The notes under the pieces were generated by a model. The model was not told where the DNA came from and did not search any database. It worked only from the letters and a program-made list of their open reading frames with translations. 64,000 nucleotides of DNA from a bacterium (GTDB taxonomy: Archaea > Thermoplasmatota > E2 > JACPAO01 > JAHFTW01), in NCBI GenBank assembly GCA_040390065.1, contig JAZJZE010000009.1, positions 64,001-128,000 on the forward strand, in the 5' to 3' direction. Positions 41,781 through 51,109 of the stretch are shown piece by piece. The position numbers and the translations under genes are program-made. Position 1 is the stretch's first letter. The number at the start of each line of letters is the position of its first letter.

Positions 41781-43327
41781 CAGTGCACCCCCAACAGGGC
41801 AAGCGTCGAACCGGTCCAGTCGTTGATCTGGCCCATGAGGAGCCCGGGCAGGATGCCAAAGAGCAAGGCCAACGCGATGAGGGCCGCCATGCTCCACTGT
41901 TCCGTGCGCGGCACGTCATGCATGTGCTCCCAGTCGACGTCGACGTGGCGCACTTCGGGGCCGTAGAAGCCGCGCTGCAGGGCCCAAAGGTAGTAGCCGG
42001 CGGTGATGAGGATGCTCCAGATGGGGATGAGGATGAGCCACCCGTAGTGGATCCAGATGCCGGCGAAGATGGTGAACTCGGCGACGAAGCCCATCAGGCC
42101 CGGCAGTCCAAGGGATGCCAGAAACAGCGTGGCCGTGAGGCCGGTCAGCTTGGGGACGCGCACACCGATGCCGCCGAGCTTGCTGATGCTGCGCGTGCCG
42201 GTCGAGTGCTGCAGCGAACCGGCGGCCATGAACATGCCTGCCGAGATGATGCCGTGCGCGATGTTCATGAATGCCGCGCCAGCAAATCCGAGGGGCGTCA
42301 TCGTCGCAAGCGCGATCGTGATGAGGCCCATGTGCGAGACGGACGAGTACGCAATCAGGGACTTGAGGTCGTCCTGGGCGAGGCAGAGGAAGGCGCCGTA
42401 GATGACGGAGACCGTGCCGAGGACGAAGAAGGCCCACTGGTACGACCAGTCGAAGGACAGCGGGCCGAGGTGCACGTGGTTCATCGTGGTGAACGCTGTG
42501 CCCAGCATCGGGATGGCGATGCGCATGAGGCCGTAGGAGCCCATCTTCAGGAGAACGCCGGCCAGGATGACGGAGCCGGCCGTGGGCGCTTGCACGTGCG
42601 CATCGGGCAGCCACGTGTGGAAGGGCGCGCTTGGCATCTTGACGAGGAAACCTACGGCGAGGAGGCCGAAGACCATGAGTCCGATGTCCTTGGCGATCTC
42701 GCCGCCCGGCGACGTCATGTGCGCCGTCAACTCGGGGATCGAGAAGGTGCCTTGGCCGGCGGCGAAGTAGACGGCCATGAAGCCGACCAGCATGATGAGC
42801 GACGCCGTGCCGGTGTAGATGAAGAACTTCGCCGACGCGTAGCGACGGTTCGGCCCGCCCCAGATGGCGATGAGGAAATACATTGGGATGAGGACGAATT
42901 CCCAGAAGATGTAGAACAGGAACAGGTCCAGGCTGGTGAAGACGCCCATCACGGTTGCGTCCATGAGGACAAGCAGGGCGAAGAAGAGGCGCGGCCGGTT
43001 CGTCTCATGCCACGAGTAGAGGATGACAAGGGGTGTCAAGACCGCCGTGAGCCAAGCGAGGCTTGCGGACAGGCCGTCGACACCGAATTCCAGGTGCGCA
43101 CCGAGTGCCGGGATCCAATCCCACTGAGAATAGAAGGCGTAACTGTGGCCGGCGATGGGGCCGAAGCCGGTCTTCCACATGATGACGCTCGTCACGGCGA
43201 GGGCGGGAAGCGAAGCGATGAGGGCGACGAGGCGGCTGTTGCGGTTGGATGACGAGTAGGTCGCAAGCGCGCCAAGCAGCGTGATGCCGATGGTGACCGG
43301 GATGAGGGATTGCATGTCGATGTCCAT
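41780..43327 (-). CDS. nuoM: NADH-quinone oxidoreductase subunit M
   Basis: GVDGLS, FYIFWE..LIPMY, PFHTWLPDAHVQAPT, LLKMGSYG and IAYSSVSHMG; start 43327 or 43336. Confidence 0.96.
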   Translation of the reverse strand: MDIDMQSLIPVTIGITLLGALATYSSSNRNSRLVALIASLPALAVTSVIMWKTGFGPIAGHSYAFYSQWDWIPALGAHLEFGVDGLSASLAWLTAVLTPLVILYSWHETNRPRLFFALLVLMDATVMGVFTSLDLFLFYIFWEFVLIPMYFLIAIWGGPNRRYASAKFFIYTGTASLIMLVGFMAVYFAAGQGTFSIPELTAHMTSPGGEIAKDIGLMVFGLLAVGFLVKMPSAPFHTWLPDAHVQAPTAGSVILAGVLLKMGSYGLMRIAIPMLGTAFTTMNHVHLGPLSFDWSYQWAFFVLGTVSVIYGAFLCLAQDDLKSLIAYSSVSHMGLITIALATMTPLGFAGAAFMNIAHGIISAGMFMAAGSLQHSTGTRSISKLGGIGVRVPKLTGLTATLFLASLGLPGLMGFVAEFTIFAGIWIHYGWLILIPIWSILITAGYYLWALQRGFYGPEVRHVDVDWEHMHDVPRTEQWSMAALIALALLFGILPGLLMGQINDWTGSTLALLGVH

Positions 43328-45366
43328 CACGACCACCTCACGCGCAGGACGACTTCATGCAGGAAGACGAGCAGGAGGGCGACGCCAATGGCGATGGACG
43401 CCATGTACGTGGACAGGCGGCCGTCTTGCCAACGGCGGGCCCGAGCGCCGGCGTTGTCGGTGCGGTTCGCGATGCCGTTGACGGCGCCGTCGATGCCGCG
43501 CTTGTCGAACCAGTTGGCGACCTTGGCCGTCCCGTAGGCGAGCGTGTTGCCAAGGGGCTCGTAGATGGCCTCTGTCACGTAGTAGCGGCGGTAGAGGAGG
43601 CCGCGCCAGCCGCGAGTCGGTGTCGCGACTTCGTCGGCGGGCAGGCCGGCCGCGTAGCGCATGCGGGCAAACCAGATGCCGGCGACTGCGACGGCCAGGC
43701 TGAGGTACGTCATCCACGCGTTCGGGCCGAGGAAGAAGTTGTGCAGAAGCTCTCCCGTCGGCTCGATCTCGAGTTCGCCCGGCAGGTCCGCCGAGTATGG
43801 GTAGTGGATGATGCCGCTGAAGCCCGGGCCCGCAACGAGCCAGAGGCCCGACACGGCGGCGGCGACGGCGAGGATGGCCAAGGGCACGGTCATGACGGAG
43901 GGCGATTCGTGGGCGTGCTCCGCATGCTCGGTGCGCGGTTTGCCGTAGAAGGCGAGGTACATCATGCGGAACATGTAGAACGCCGTGAGGAGGGCTGTGA
44001 GGATGCCCATGACCCAGAGCAGGAAGAAGACGGAGTTCGTGTTGCCGGCCGAGAAGGCGGTCTCGAGGACCTGGTCCTTGCTCCAGAAGCCGGAGAGGGG
44101 AATGATGCCAGCGATGCTGAGGCTGCCGATGAGCATCGTGACGTGCGTCGTCTTCATCTTCTTGGCAAGGCCGCCCATCTCGCGCAAGTCTTGGTGGTGA
44201 TGCAGGCCCAGGATGACGGAGGCGCTGCCCAAGAACAGGAGGGCCTTGAAGAAAGCGTGGTTCATGAGGTGCAGCATCGCAGCCGTGAAGCCGGCCCCGG
44301 AGCCCGTGTGCAGATACAGGACGCCGCCAGCACCGAGGGCGAGGAACATGTAGCCGAGCTGCGACAGCGTCGAGAAGGCCAGCACGCGCTTGATGTCCGT
44401 CGCCGCAATCGCCATGGTCGCCGTGTAGAGTGCCGTGAAGCCGCCCACGACGCCGATCAAGAGGAACAGGTTGTCGCCGGAGATGACGAGAAGCGGCCAA
44501 CTGCGGGCGACGAGGAAGACGCCGCCCTTCACCATCGTGGCGGCGTGGATGAGCGCCGACACGGTCGTCGGGCCTTCCATGGCGTCCGGCAGCCACAAGT
44601 CGAGGGGGAACTGCGCTGACTTGCCCACGGCGCCGCCGAAGATGAACAGGCCGGCCCAGAACAGGGTCTCCTTGTGCGCCGCGAGGTCCGCATGGAACAA
44701 GTCGCGATAGTTGAACGTGTGGAACGTCGTGAACAGCATCACGATGCCGAGGAAGAGGAAGATGTCGCCGAGGCGCGTGACGAGGAACGCCTTCTTCGCG
44801 GCAATTGCGGCGGATTGCTTGTGGTACCAGTAGCCGATGAGGAGGTACGAGCACACGCCCATCACTTCCCACCCGATGAACATGAGGAGGTAGTTGTCCA
44901 TCGTCACGGTGGCGAGCATGCCGGCGACGAACAGGGACTTGACCGCGTAGTAGCGGCGCAACTTCTCGTCCGTCTCGTCGGCAAGGTACGCCGTCGAGAA
45001 GATGATGATGAGGAGCGACAGCAGCGAGACCAGGGTCATGAGCCAGACGCTGAGATTGTCCAGCAGGAGGCCCACCGTGAACGGGTACCCGCCGGTGCCG
45101 GCGGCGCCGACGCGGAACCATTCAACCTGCCAGCCGAGGGGTTCGCCCCCCTGCAGCATGCGCCAGAAGAACAGCAGCGACAGGACGAGCGAGCCGCCGA
45201 CGGCGGCAATGGACAGGATGGCGCCGCCCCGCCACATCTTCTTGCCGACGAGGAAGATGAGGGCCGCGGCGATGACCGGCAGCAGGGGAATGAGGATGGC
45301 CTCCCATTGCTGGGCGCCGGCCGCGAGTTGCATGGGCTGGATGGATCCGGTTAGTTCGTCTGCCAT
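43327..45366 (-). CDS. nuoL: NADH-quinone oxidoreductase subunit L
   Basis: GWEVMG.CSYLLIG, GKSAQFP..WLPDAMEGPT.VSALIHAATMV and HAFFKALLFL. Confidence 0.97.
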   Translation of the reverse strand: MADELTGSIQPMQLAAGAQQWEAILIPLLPVIAAALIFLVGKKMWRGGAILSIAAVGGSLVLSLLFFWRMLQGGEPLGWQVEWFRVGAAGTGGYPFTVGLLLDNLSVWLMTLVSLLSLLIIIFSTAYLADETDEKLRRYYAVKSLFVAGMLATVTMDNYLLMFIGWEVMGVCSYLLIGYWYHKQSAAIAAKKAFLVTRLGDIFLFLGIVMLFTTFHTFNYRDLFHADLAAHKETLFWAGLFIFGGAVGKSAQFPLDLWLPDAMEGPTTVSALIHAATMVKGGVFLVARSWPLLVISGDNLFLLIGVVGGFTALYTATMAIAATDIKRVLAFSTLSQLGYMFLALGAGGVLYLHTGSGAGFTAAMLHLMNHAFFKALLFLGSASVILGLHHHQDLREMGGLAKKMKTTHVTMLIGSLSIAGIIPLSGFWSKDQVLETAFSAGNTNSVFFLLWVMGILTALLTAFYMFRMMYLAFYGKPRTEHAEHAHESPSVMTVPLAILAVAAAVSGLWLVAGPGFSGIIHYPYSADLPGELEIEPTGELLHNFFLGPNAWMTYLSLAVAVAGIWFARMRYAAGLPADEVATPTRGWRGLLYRRYYVTEAIYEPLGNTLAYGTAKVANWFDKRGIDGAVNGIANRTDNAGARARRWQDGRLSTYMASIAIGVALLLVFLHEVVLRVRWS

Positions 45367-45367
45367 G

Positions 45368-45670
45368 TCACCACCTCAACATGCTGCTCTGGTCGATGTC
45401 GACGGACCGCGCGTGGCGGTAGAAGTGGATGTAGATGCCAAGGCCCACGGCGGCTTCGGCCGCAGCCAGCGCGATGGCGAACAGCGTGATGATGAGACCG
45501 TTTCCATCCCCGTGGTAGTTGGCGAAGGCGACGAAGTTGATGTTCGCGGCGTTGAGGACGAGTTCGACGGCCACCAGCACGCGCAGGGCGTTACGTTGCG
45601 TGAGCAGACCGAAGACACCGATGGCGAGCAGCGCCATGGCAAGGCCGACGGTCCACGACAGCGGAATCAT
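45368..45670 (-). CDS. nuoK: NADH-quinone oxidoreductase subunit K
   Basis: AVELVLNAANIN and AAAEAAVGL. Confidence 0.95.
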   Translation of the reverse strand: MIPLSWTVGLAMALLAIGVFGLLTQRNALRVLVAVELVLNAANINFVAFANYHGDGNGLIITLFAIALAAAEAAVGLGIYIHFYRHARSVDIDQSSMLRW

Positions 45671-46563
45671 TTTCCGACCTCCGCAGCGGTCGGGTGCAAC
45701 GAGGGGTCGCTTGCGCGCTGCGATTCGGTGACCTCAGCGCGGGTGATTGCGGAGTAGCGGTCCTTGTCTGCCATGCCCGTCATGGGGCGCGCGATGACGA
45801 GGGCGCCGATCATGACGGCCGTGAGGAGCACGCCGAGGACCTCGAGGGCAACGACCTGGCCGGAGAACAGCAGCGTCACGACGGAGTCGAGGTCATTCGC
45901 TGCAGTCTGGTTGGCGTCGGTCGGCGACGCTTGCCAGGCCGTCGTTCCCATGGCGATGGCGAGCAGCAGGCCCAGGATGACGGCACTGACCACGACGCCG
46001 AGGATGCGCTGCGGCGTCCAGTTGTAGACGACGTGGCGCACACCCAACCAGATGACGATGGCCGCGACGACGAGGAAGACGAGGTACAAGATGGACGCGG
46101 TGAAGCCGGCGCCTTGGCCGGGCCAGTTGTCGACGCCGCGAGCCAGCAGGTTGGCGGCCTTGACGTAGATGTCGAAGACGCTCGGTAGGACTTTGGGCAG
46201 GCCGAACAGGCCGCCGAAGGCCCACCACATGACAAGGGGCACCATGGCGACGCCGGCGAGGATTCCCCAGGCCGAGCTGCGCGGCGGTGCGACGTAGGCG
46301 TCGGCTTCCTTCTCGTCGCCGGCCACGAACATGACGGCAAAGACGAACAGGGTCAGGATGCCGCCGACGTAGACGAGGATCTGGATGACACCGATGAGGG
46401 GCGAACCGAGCAGGATGAAGAGCGACGCCACCGACACGAGGGTGACGCCGAGGAACATGACGGAGTGGAAGGTGCGCTTGACCATCGACGAGGCGAGGCC
46501 GGAACCGAGGATGACGGCCGCGATGATGCCGAAGGCGACCGTCTCGCCCAGGTCGGCAGTCAC
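45667..46563 (-). CDS. nuoJ: NADH-quinone oxidoreductase subunit J (with internal insertion)
   Basis: QILVYVGGILTLFVFAVM and LEVLGVLLTAVMIGALVIA; GTG start overlapping the nuoI stop. Confidence 0.9.
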   Translation of the reverse strand: MTADLGETVAFGIIAAVILGSGLASSMVKRTFHSVMFLGVTLVSVASLFILLGSPLIGVIQILVYVGGILTLFVFAVMFVAGDEKEADAYVAPPRSSAWGILAGVAMVPLVMWWAFGGLFGLPKVLPSVFDIYVKAANLLARGVDNWPGQGAGFTASILYLVFLVVAAIVIWLGVRHVVYNWTPQRILGVVVSAVILGLLLAIAMGTTAWQASPTDANQTAANDLDSVVTLLFSGQVVALEVLGVLLTAVMIGALVIARPMTGMADKDRYSAITRAEVTESQRASDPSLHPTAAEVGK

Positions 46564-46994
46564 TTGAATGGCCCCCGGCCGAGGCTTGCTTCGTTCTGGC
46601 TGAGGCGGTCGGGTTTGTAGTCGAAGTCGCGCACGTAGGCGGCGGTCTCGAACTCCTTGCCCATGCGGATCGAGTCCGTCGGGCAGGCCTCTTCGCAGAG
46701 GCTGCAGTACATGCACTTGGAGATCTCGACGGCGGGGAATTTCTTGCGCTTGTTCTGCGGCGTGTCGAACCCCGGGTCGTAGTCGACCATGTAGCACGAG
46801 CCGTTCGGGCAAGCCTGTGCGCAAAGGGTGCAGCCGATGCAGGTCTCGAGTTTGAGGTAGATGCGGCCGCGGAAGCGGTCCGCGACGGGGCGTTTCTCCT
46901 CGGGGTACTGGATGGTCACGGGCTTCTTGAAGAAGTGCGACAGGGTGACGCCCATGCCTTGTAGGATTGGGACGAGGGGGACGCGGTTCCTCAT
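46560..46994 (-). CDS. nuoI: NADH-quinone oxidoreductase subunit I
   Basis: TIQYPEE, RFRG, and two 4Fe-4S motifs CIGCTLCAQACP and CMYCSLCEEACP. Confidence 0.95.
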   Translation of the reverse strand: MRNRVPLVPILQGMGVTLSHFFKKPVTIQYPEEKRPVADRFRGRIYLKLETCIGCTLCAQACPNGSCYMVDYDPGFDTPQNKRKKFPAVEISKCMYCSLCEEACPTDSIRMGKEFETAAYVRDFDYKPDRLSQNEASLGRGPFK

Positions 46995-48067
46995 GCGAGC
47001 ACCCCCGTCTTCAGGAGGACGGCCACCATGACAAAGTTGGCAAGCGACAAGGGCAACATGACTTTCCAGGCAACGGCGAGGTACTGGTCGACGCGGACGC
47101 GGGGCAGCGTCGCCCACACCCAGAAGACGACGAAGGACATGAGGAGGGACTTGCCGAGGAACCACAGGACCGGCGTGAATTCGCCGACGAGGTGGTTGAG
47201 GGCCGGCACTTGCGCGCCGAACGGTGCCTGCCAACCGCCGAGGTAGAGCGTCGTGATCATGGCCGAAACGAAGAAGACGTTCGAGAACAGGACGACGAAG
47301 AACATTCCGAAGCGCATGGCTGAATATTCCGTCGTGAATCCTGCGACGAGTTCGGACTCGGATTCAGCGAGGTCCGTCGGGACGAGGCCGGCTTTGGCAA
47401 GCGCCGTCACGAAGAAGATGCCGAAGCCGATGATCTGCGGGAACAGGAACCACAGGCGGGACTGGTGCTCGACGATGGCGTTCGTGTCCAGGCTGCTCAC
47501 TTGCAGGATGATGGCAGCGACGGCGAAGACCATCGGGATCTCGTAACTCACGTCGAGGGCGGCCGCCCGCACGCCGCCGTACAGCGCGTACTTGTTGTTG
47601 GAGCCCCAGCCGGCCAGGATCTCGGCCAGCGGCGCGATGGCACCCATGGCCAAGATGAGGAGAATGCCGGTGCCAGCGTTGGAGAAGATGAGGTTGTGCG
47701 ACCAGGGGATGGGCGCCCATGCCATGACGGTGAACACGATGGCCACGTACAGCGCCGACGTCCAGGCGAGCCGGTCCGCCTTCGCGGGGCGAACGTCCTC
47801 CTTCGAGATGAGTTTCGCGCCGTCCGCGAGGAACTGGAAGATGCCCTGCGGGCCGACGCGATTCGGGCCTGGGCGTTGCCCCATGCGGGCGAAGATGCGG
47901 CGGAAGGCGAAGGTGAAGACGCCGCCGATCGACAGGACGACGGTGAAGAGGATGACCGCCCCAATGAGGGACGCGACAAGGATGACGAGCCAGTCGGGCG
48001 GGTTCGCCATGCCGAGCATGCGCAGGACGGCGGCGATGAAATCGGCAAGAAGTCCCTTGTCGGTCAT
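46991..48067 (-). CDS. nuoH: NADH-quinone oxidoreductase subunit H
   Basis: RPGPNRVGPQG..Q.LADG.KL..KE, SNNKY, SYEIP, ESELVAGF.TEYS and PRVRVDQ. Confidence 0.96.
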   Translation of the reverse strand: MTDKGLLADFIAAVLRMLGMANPPDWLVILVASLIGAVILFTVVLSIGGVFTFAFRRIFARMGQRPGPNRVGPQGIFQFLADGAKLISKEDVRPAKADRLAWTSALYVAIVFTVMAWAPIPWSHNLIFSNAGTGILLILAMGAIAPLAEILAGWGSNNKYALYGGVRAAALDVSYEIPMVFAVAAIILQVSSLDTNAIVEHQSRLWFLFPQIIGFGIFFVTALAKAGLVPTDLAESESELVAGFTTEYSAMRFGMFFVVLFSNVFFVSAMITTLYLGGWQAPFGAQVPALNHLVGEFTPVLWFLGKSLLMSFVVFWVWATLPRVRVDQYLAVAWKVMLPLSLANFVMVAVLLKTGVLA

Positions 48068-48071
48068 GGCG

Positions 48072-49256
48072 TCACCGGTCCACGTCGCCCAGCACGATGT
48101 CGATTGAACCAAGGCTCGCAATCAAGTCCGCGATCTTCTGGCCGCGCGCCATGATGGGAAGCACTTGCAGGTTGGCGAAGCTCGGCGCCTTGACGTGCAC
48201 CCGGAGCGGGTTCTGCTTGCCTTCGCCGATGACGTGGCAGCCGTACTCGCCCTTCGGGTGCTCGATGCGCGCGTACGCCTCGCCCTTGGCCTTGACACGC
48301 AGGATCTTGCCACCTGCATAGTCGGGGTTGAGGTGCAATCCGTCGAGCGAGCCGCCTTCCAGCTTGGCGATGACTTGCTCCAGGATGCGGCAGGACTGGA
48401 TCATCTCGGCCCAGCGCAGCTGCAGACGACCGTAGCAGTCCGACTGGTGCGTCGTCGGGACTTCGAAGTTGAGCTTGTCGTACACCGAGTAGGGCGCGGC
48501 CTTTCGCAGGTCGTGAGCGACGCCGGTGGCGCGCAGCATCGGACCCGTGATGCCCCAGTCCAAGGCCTGCTGGCGCGAGAGGGGGCCGGTTCCAGTGAGG
48601 CGCGAGAGGATGATGTCGTTCTTCTTCAGCAGCGTCTCGTAGGTGCGGACCTTTCCCGGCATCGCGTCCACGAATGCCTTCACGCGGGGCAGGTACGTTG
48701 CGTCCTGGGGCAAGTCGTACTTGACGCCGCCGAAGCGGAAGTAGTTGAACGTGAGGCGCGCGCCGCAGAGTTCCTCGAGGAAGCCCAGGATGTCCTCGCG
48801 TTCACGCAGGGCGTAGAACAACGGCGTGATTGCGCCGAGGTCCAGCATGAACGTGCCCATCCAGAAGAGGTGGTTGCACAGACGCGACAGTTCCGCCGCA
48901 AAGACCCGGATGTACTCCGCGCGCTCGGAGACGATCTGCTGCTGCGGCCCGCCAAGAAGCTTCTCGACGGCAAGCACGTAGCCGTGATTGTTGTGCATCG
49001 CCGAGATGTAGTCCATCCGGTCCGTGAGGGGGATGAACTTGATCCAATGCATGTTCTCCGCGATCTTCTCGCTGCCGCGGTGCAGGTACCCGATGATGGG
49101 CTCCACGTCGACGACGATCTCGCCGTCCAGCAACAGCTTGAGGCGCAGGACGCCGTGCGTCGAAGGGTGCTGCGGCCCCATGTTGAGCGTCATCAACTGC
49201 GACGCGGGAGCGGAGCCGTCGGGCATGGTCGGATTGACGAAATCGACGCGCGACAT
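48072..49256 (-). CDS. nuoD: NADH-quinone oxidoreductase subunit D
   Basis: NMGPQHPSTHGVLRL, GYLHRGSEK, DRMDY, EHPKGE and DIVLGDVDR; no NiFe CxxC motifs. Confidence 0.97.
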   Translation of the reverse strand: MSRVDFVNPTMPDGSAPASQLMTLNMGPQHPSTHGVLRLKLLLDGEIVVDVEPIIGYLHRGSEKIAENMHWIKFIPLTDRMDYISAMHNNHGYVLAVEKLLGGPQQQIVSERAEYIRVFAAELSRLCNHLFWMGTFMLDLGAITPLFYALREREDILGFLEELCGARLTFNYFRFGGVKYDLPQDATYLPRVKAFVDAMPGKVRTYETLLKKNDIILSRLTGTGPLSRQQALDWGITGPMLRATGVAHDLRKAAPYSVYDKLNFEVPTTHQSDCYGRLQLRWAEMIQSCRILEQVIAKLEGGSLDGLHLNPDYAGGKILRVKAKGEAYARIEHPKGEYGCHVIGEGKQNPLRVHVKAPSFANLQVLPIMARGQKIADLIASLGSIDIVLGDVDR

Positions 49257-49981
49257 TACCAGGACCCCTCTTCCTGCGTCTTGTAGGTGATGTCCTCGCC
49301 GTCGCGCATCCCGACAAACTGTTCCGGCTCCTTGTAGTCCTTCCTCATCGGATAACCGGTCCAATCGGCCGGCAGGAACATGCGGCGGAGGTCCGGGTGG
49401 CCTTCGAACTTGATGCCGTACATGTCGTACATCTCGCGCTCCTGCCAGTTTGCGGCGGGCCAGATGTCGCAAAGCGACGGCATCGATGGTTCGACGACGG
49501 CGCCGGCGGCGTCCTTCTTCGGCATGACGACGCGCAGGCGCATCTCGCCGAACTGGGCAGGCGACTCCGCGAGCTTCACGAAGGCGTACAGGACGCCGAA
49601 GTGGTCGCCGCGGTCATACGCCGACAAGAGCGACAAGTTGTGGTAGCCGAGCGCCTTGACCTCGGAGGCGACGGTGAACAAGCCATCCGGCGTGACCGTG
49701 AGCACGCCGACGCCGTCCTCGAGGACCTCGAACTTGACGACGTCCCCTGCATGCGCGTCGCGCACCATGGCGTAGTCGCCGGTCGGCTCGGGGGCTGGCT
49801 TGGGCGGCGGCGCGGCGGCAGCGGGCTTGGGGGGCGCAGCGGGCGCTGGGGCGGCAGAGGATGTCGGGGCGGGCGCCGCAAGAGGCATCGCCTTCTTCGC
49901 TGCGGCGCCGGGTGCGGCCACCGGGCCGTCGGCAGGCGTCGGCGTCTTCGGCGCTTTCGCAGGCGCAGGCGCATCGGCCAT
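49256..49981 (-). CDS. nuoC: NADH-quinone oxidoreductase subunit C with Ala/Pro-rich N-terminal extension
   Basis: ANWQEREMYDMYGI.FEGHPDLRR and GYPMRKDY. Confidence 0.94.
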   Translation of the reverse strand: MADAPAPAKAPKTPTPADGPVAAPGAAAKKAMPLAAPAPTSSAAPAPAAPPKPAAAAPPPKPAPEPTGDYAMVRDAHAGDVVKFEVLEDGVGVLTVTPDGLFTVASEVKALGYHNLSLLSAYDRGDHFGVLYAFVKLAESPAQFGEMRLRVVMPKKDAAGAVVEPSMPSLCDIWPAANWQEREMYDMYGIKFEGHPDLRRMFLPADWTGYPMRKDYKEPEQFVGMRDGEDITYKTQEEGSW

Positions 49982-50559
49982 CAGAAGCCCAACTCCAGGA
50001 TGGCGTTCTGGTCGCGGATCTTCTTCTGCAGCTTCTGCAAGCCGTCCAGCAGCGCCTCAGGCCGTGGCGGACAACCGGGGATGTACACGTCGACCGGGAC
50101 GATCTTGTCCACGCCCTTCACGACAAAGTACGAGTCCTGGTAAGGTCCGCCGTTCGTGGCGCAGGCACCCATCGCGATGACGTACTTCGGGTCCGCCATC
50201 TGGTCATACAGGACCTTGATGCGCGGCGCCATCTTCTTCGTCACAGTGCCCGGGACGATCATGAGGTCGCACTGACGCGGAGAGGCCCGCGACACCTCGG
50301 AGCCGAAGCGGCTCATGTCGAACGTGGAGCCCTGCGTGCCGATCATCTCGATGGCACAGCACGCCAAGCCGAACGTAAACGGCCAGAGAGAATTCGAGCG
50401 CCCCCAGTTGAAGATCTTCGAGGCGACCGTGAGGATGATGCCCTCCTTCTGCTCCTCCACGACGATGGGAATGCGCTCATCGGCATGGCGCGGATTGAAT
50501 TCAGGGAGCACCGGCGACGGAGCGAGAGCCGCAGGAGAAGTCGTGCTCTCCTCGCTCAT
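49981..50559 (-). CDS. nuoB: NADH-quinone oxidoreductase subunit B
   Basis: [23 protein letters not shown] and [13 protein letters not shown]. Confidence 0.97.
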   Translation of the reverse strand: MSEESTTSPAALAPSPVLPEFNPRHADERIPIVVEEQKEGIILTVASKIFNWGRSNSLWPFTFGLACCAIEMIGTQGSTFDMSRFGSEVSRASPRQCDLMIVPGTVTKKMAPRIKVLYDQMADPKYVIAMGACATNGGPYQDSYFVVKGVDKIVPVDVYIPGCPPRPEALLDGLQKLQKKIRDQNAILELGF

Positions 50560-50906
50560 TCCAGCGTCCTCCACTGCAGGAGGCGCTTCTTGATTTCATA
50601 CACGAAGCCGACCAAGATGAGGCCCACAAAGACCGCCATCGCGATGAGCGCCGCCTCGTTCACAACAGAGGACCGGAACTTGATGGCGAAGGGAATCACG
50701 AACATCGCCTCCACGTCGAAGATGAGGAACGTCAGGACGTACATGTAGTACTGGACATCGATGGGCCCGCGAGCCCCCGGCGTCGCCTTCTCGCCGCACT
50801 CGTACGACGAGACCTTCCCCGCATTGGCACGCTTGGGACCCAAGAACTTGTTGCCCACCAACGTGGCCAACACAAGGAGGAAAGCTACCAAGCCGAGGAT
50901 GGCCAT
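50556..50906 (-). CDS. nuoA: NADH-quinone oxidoreductase subunit A
   Basis: SYECGE and YY...L.FLIFDVEA; the start may lie upstream (see findings). Confidence 0.93.
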   Translation of the reverse strand: MAILGLVAFLLVLATLVGNKFLGPKRANAGKVSSYECGEKATPGARGPIDVQYYMYVLTFLIFDVEAMFVIPFAIKFRSSVVNEAALIAMAVFVGLILVGFVYEIKKRLLQWRTLE

Positions 50907-51109
50907 TGGCAGGTAAGCAAGGGCGTCAGAAGCCGTTTTAATACCCCCTTCAGGCGGCTCGAAGATGGGGATGGTTAAAGGGGTTCCCGTCGCATTTTTC
51001 CAGAAGAAGGAAGGGTCGGCGGCGAGGGCGACGGACGGCCATGGCCGGCCTTGGACGGCGACGGACGTCCGCGAAACGCCTTATGCGCTCGCCAGAGGTC
51101 GGCGAATGC

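Noticed and set aside
48072-50559. Group 4 NiFe hydrogenase
   Set aside because: The NuoD-like subunit lacks both CxxC Ni-binding motifs, and NuoB has the tandem CC typical of complex I.
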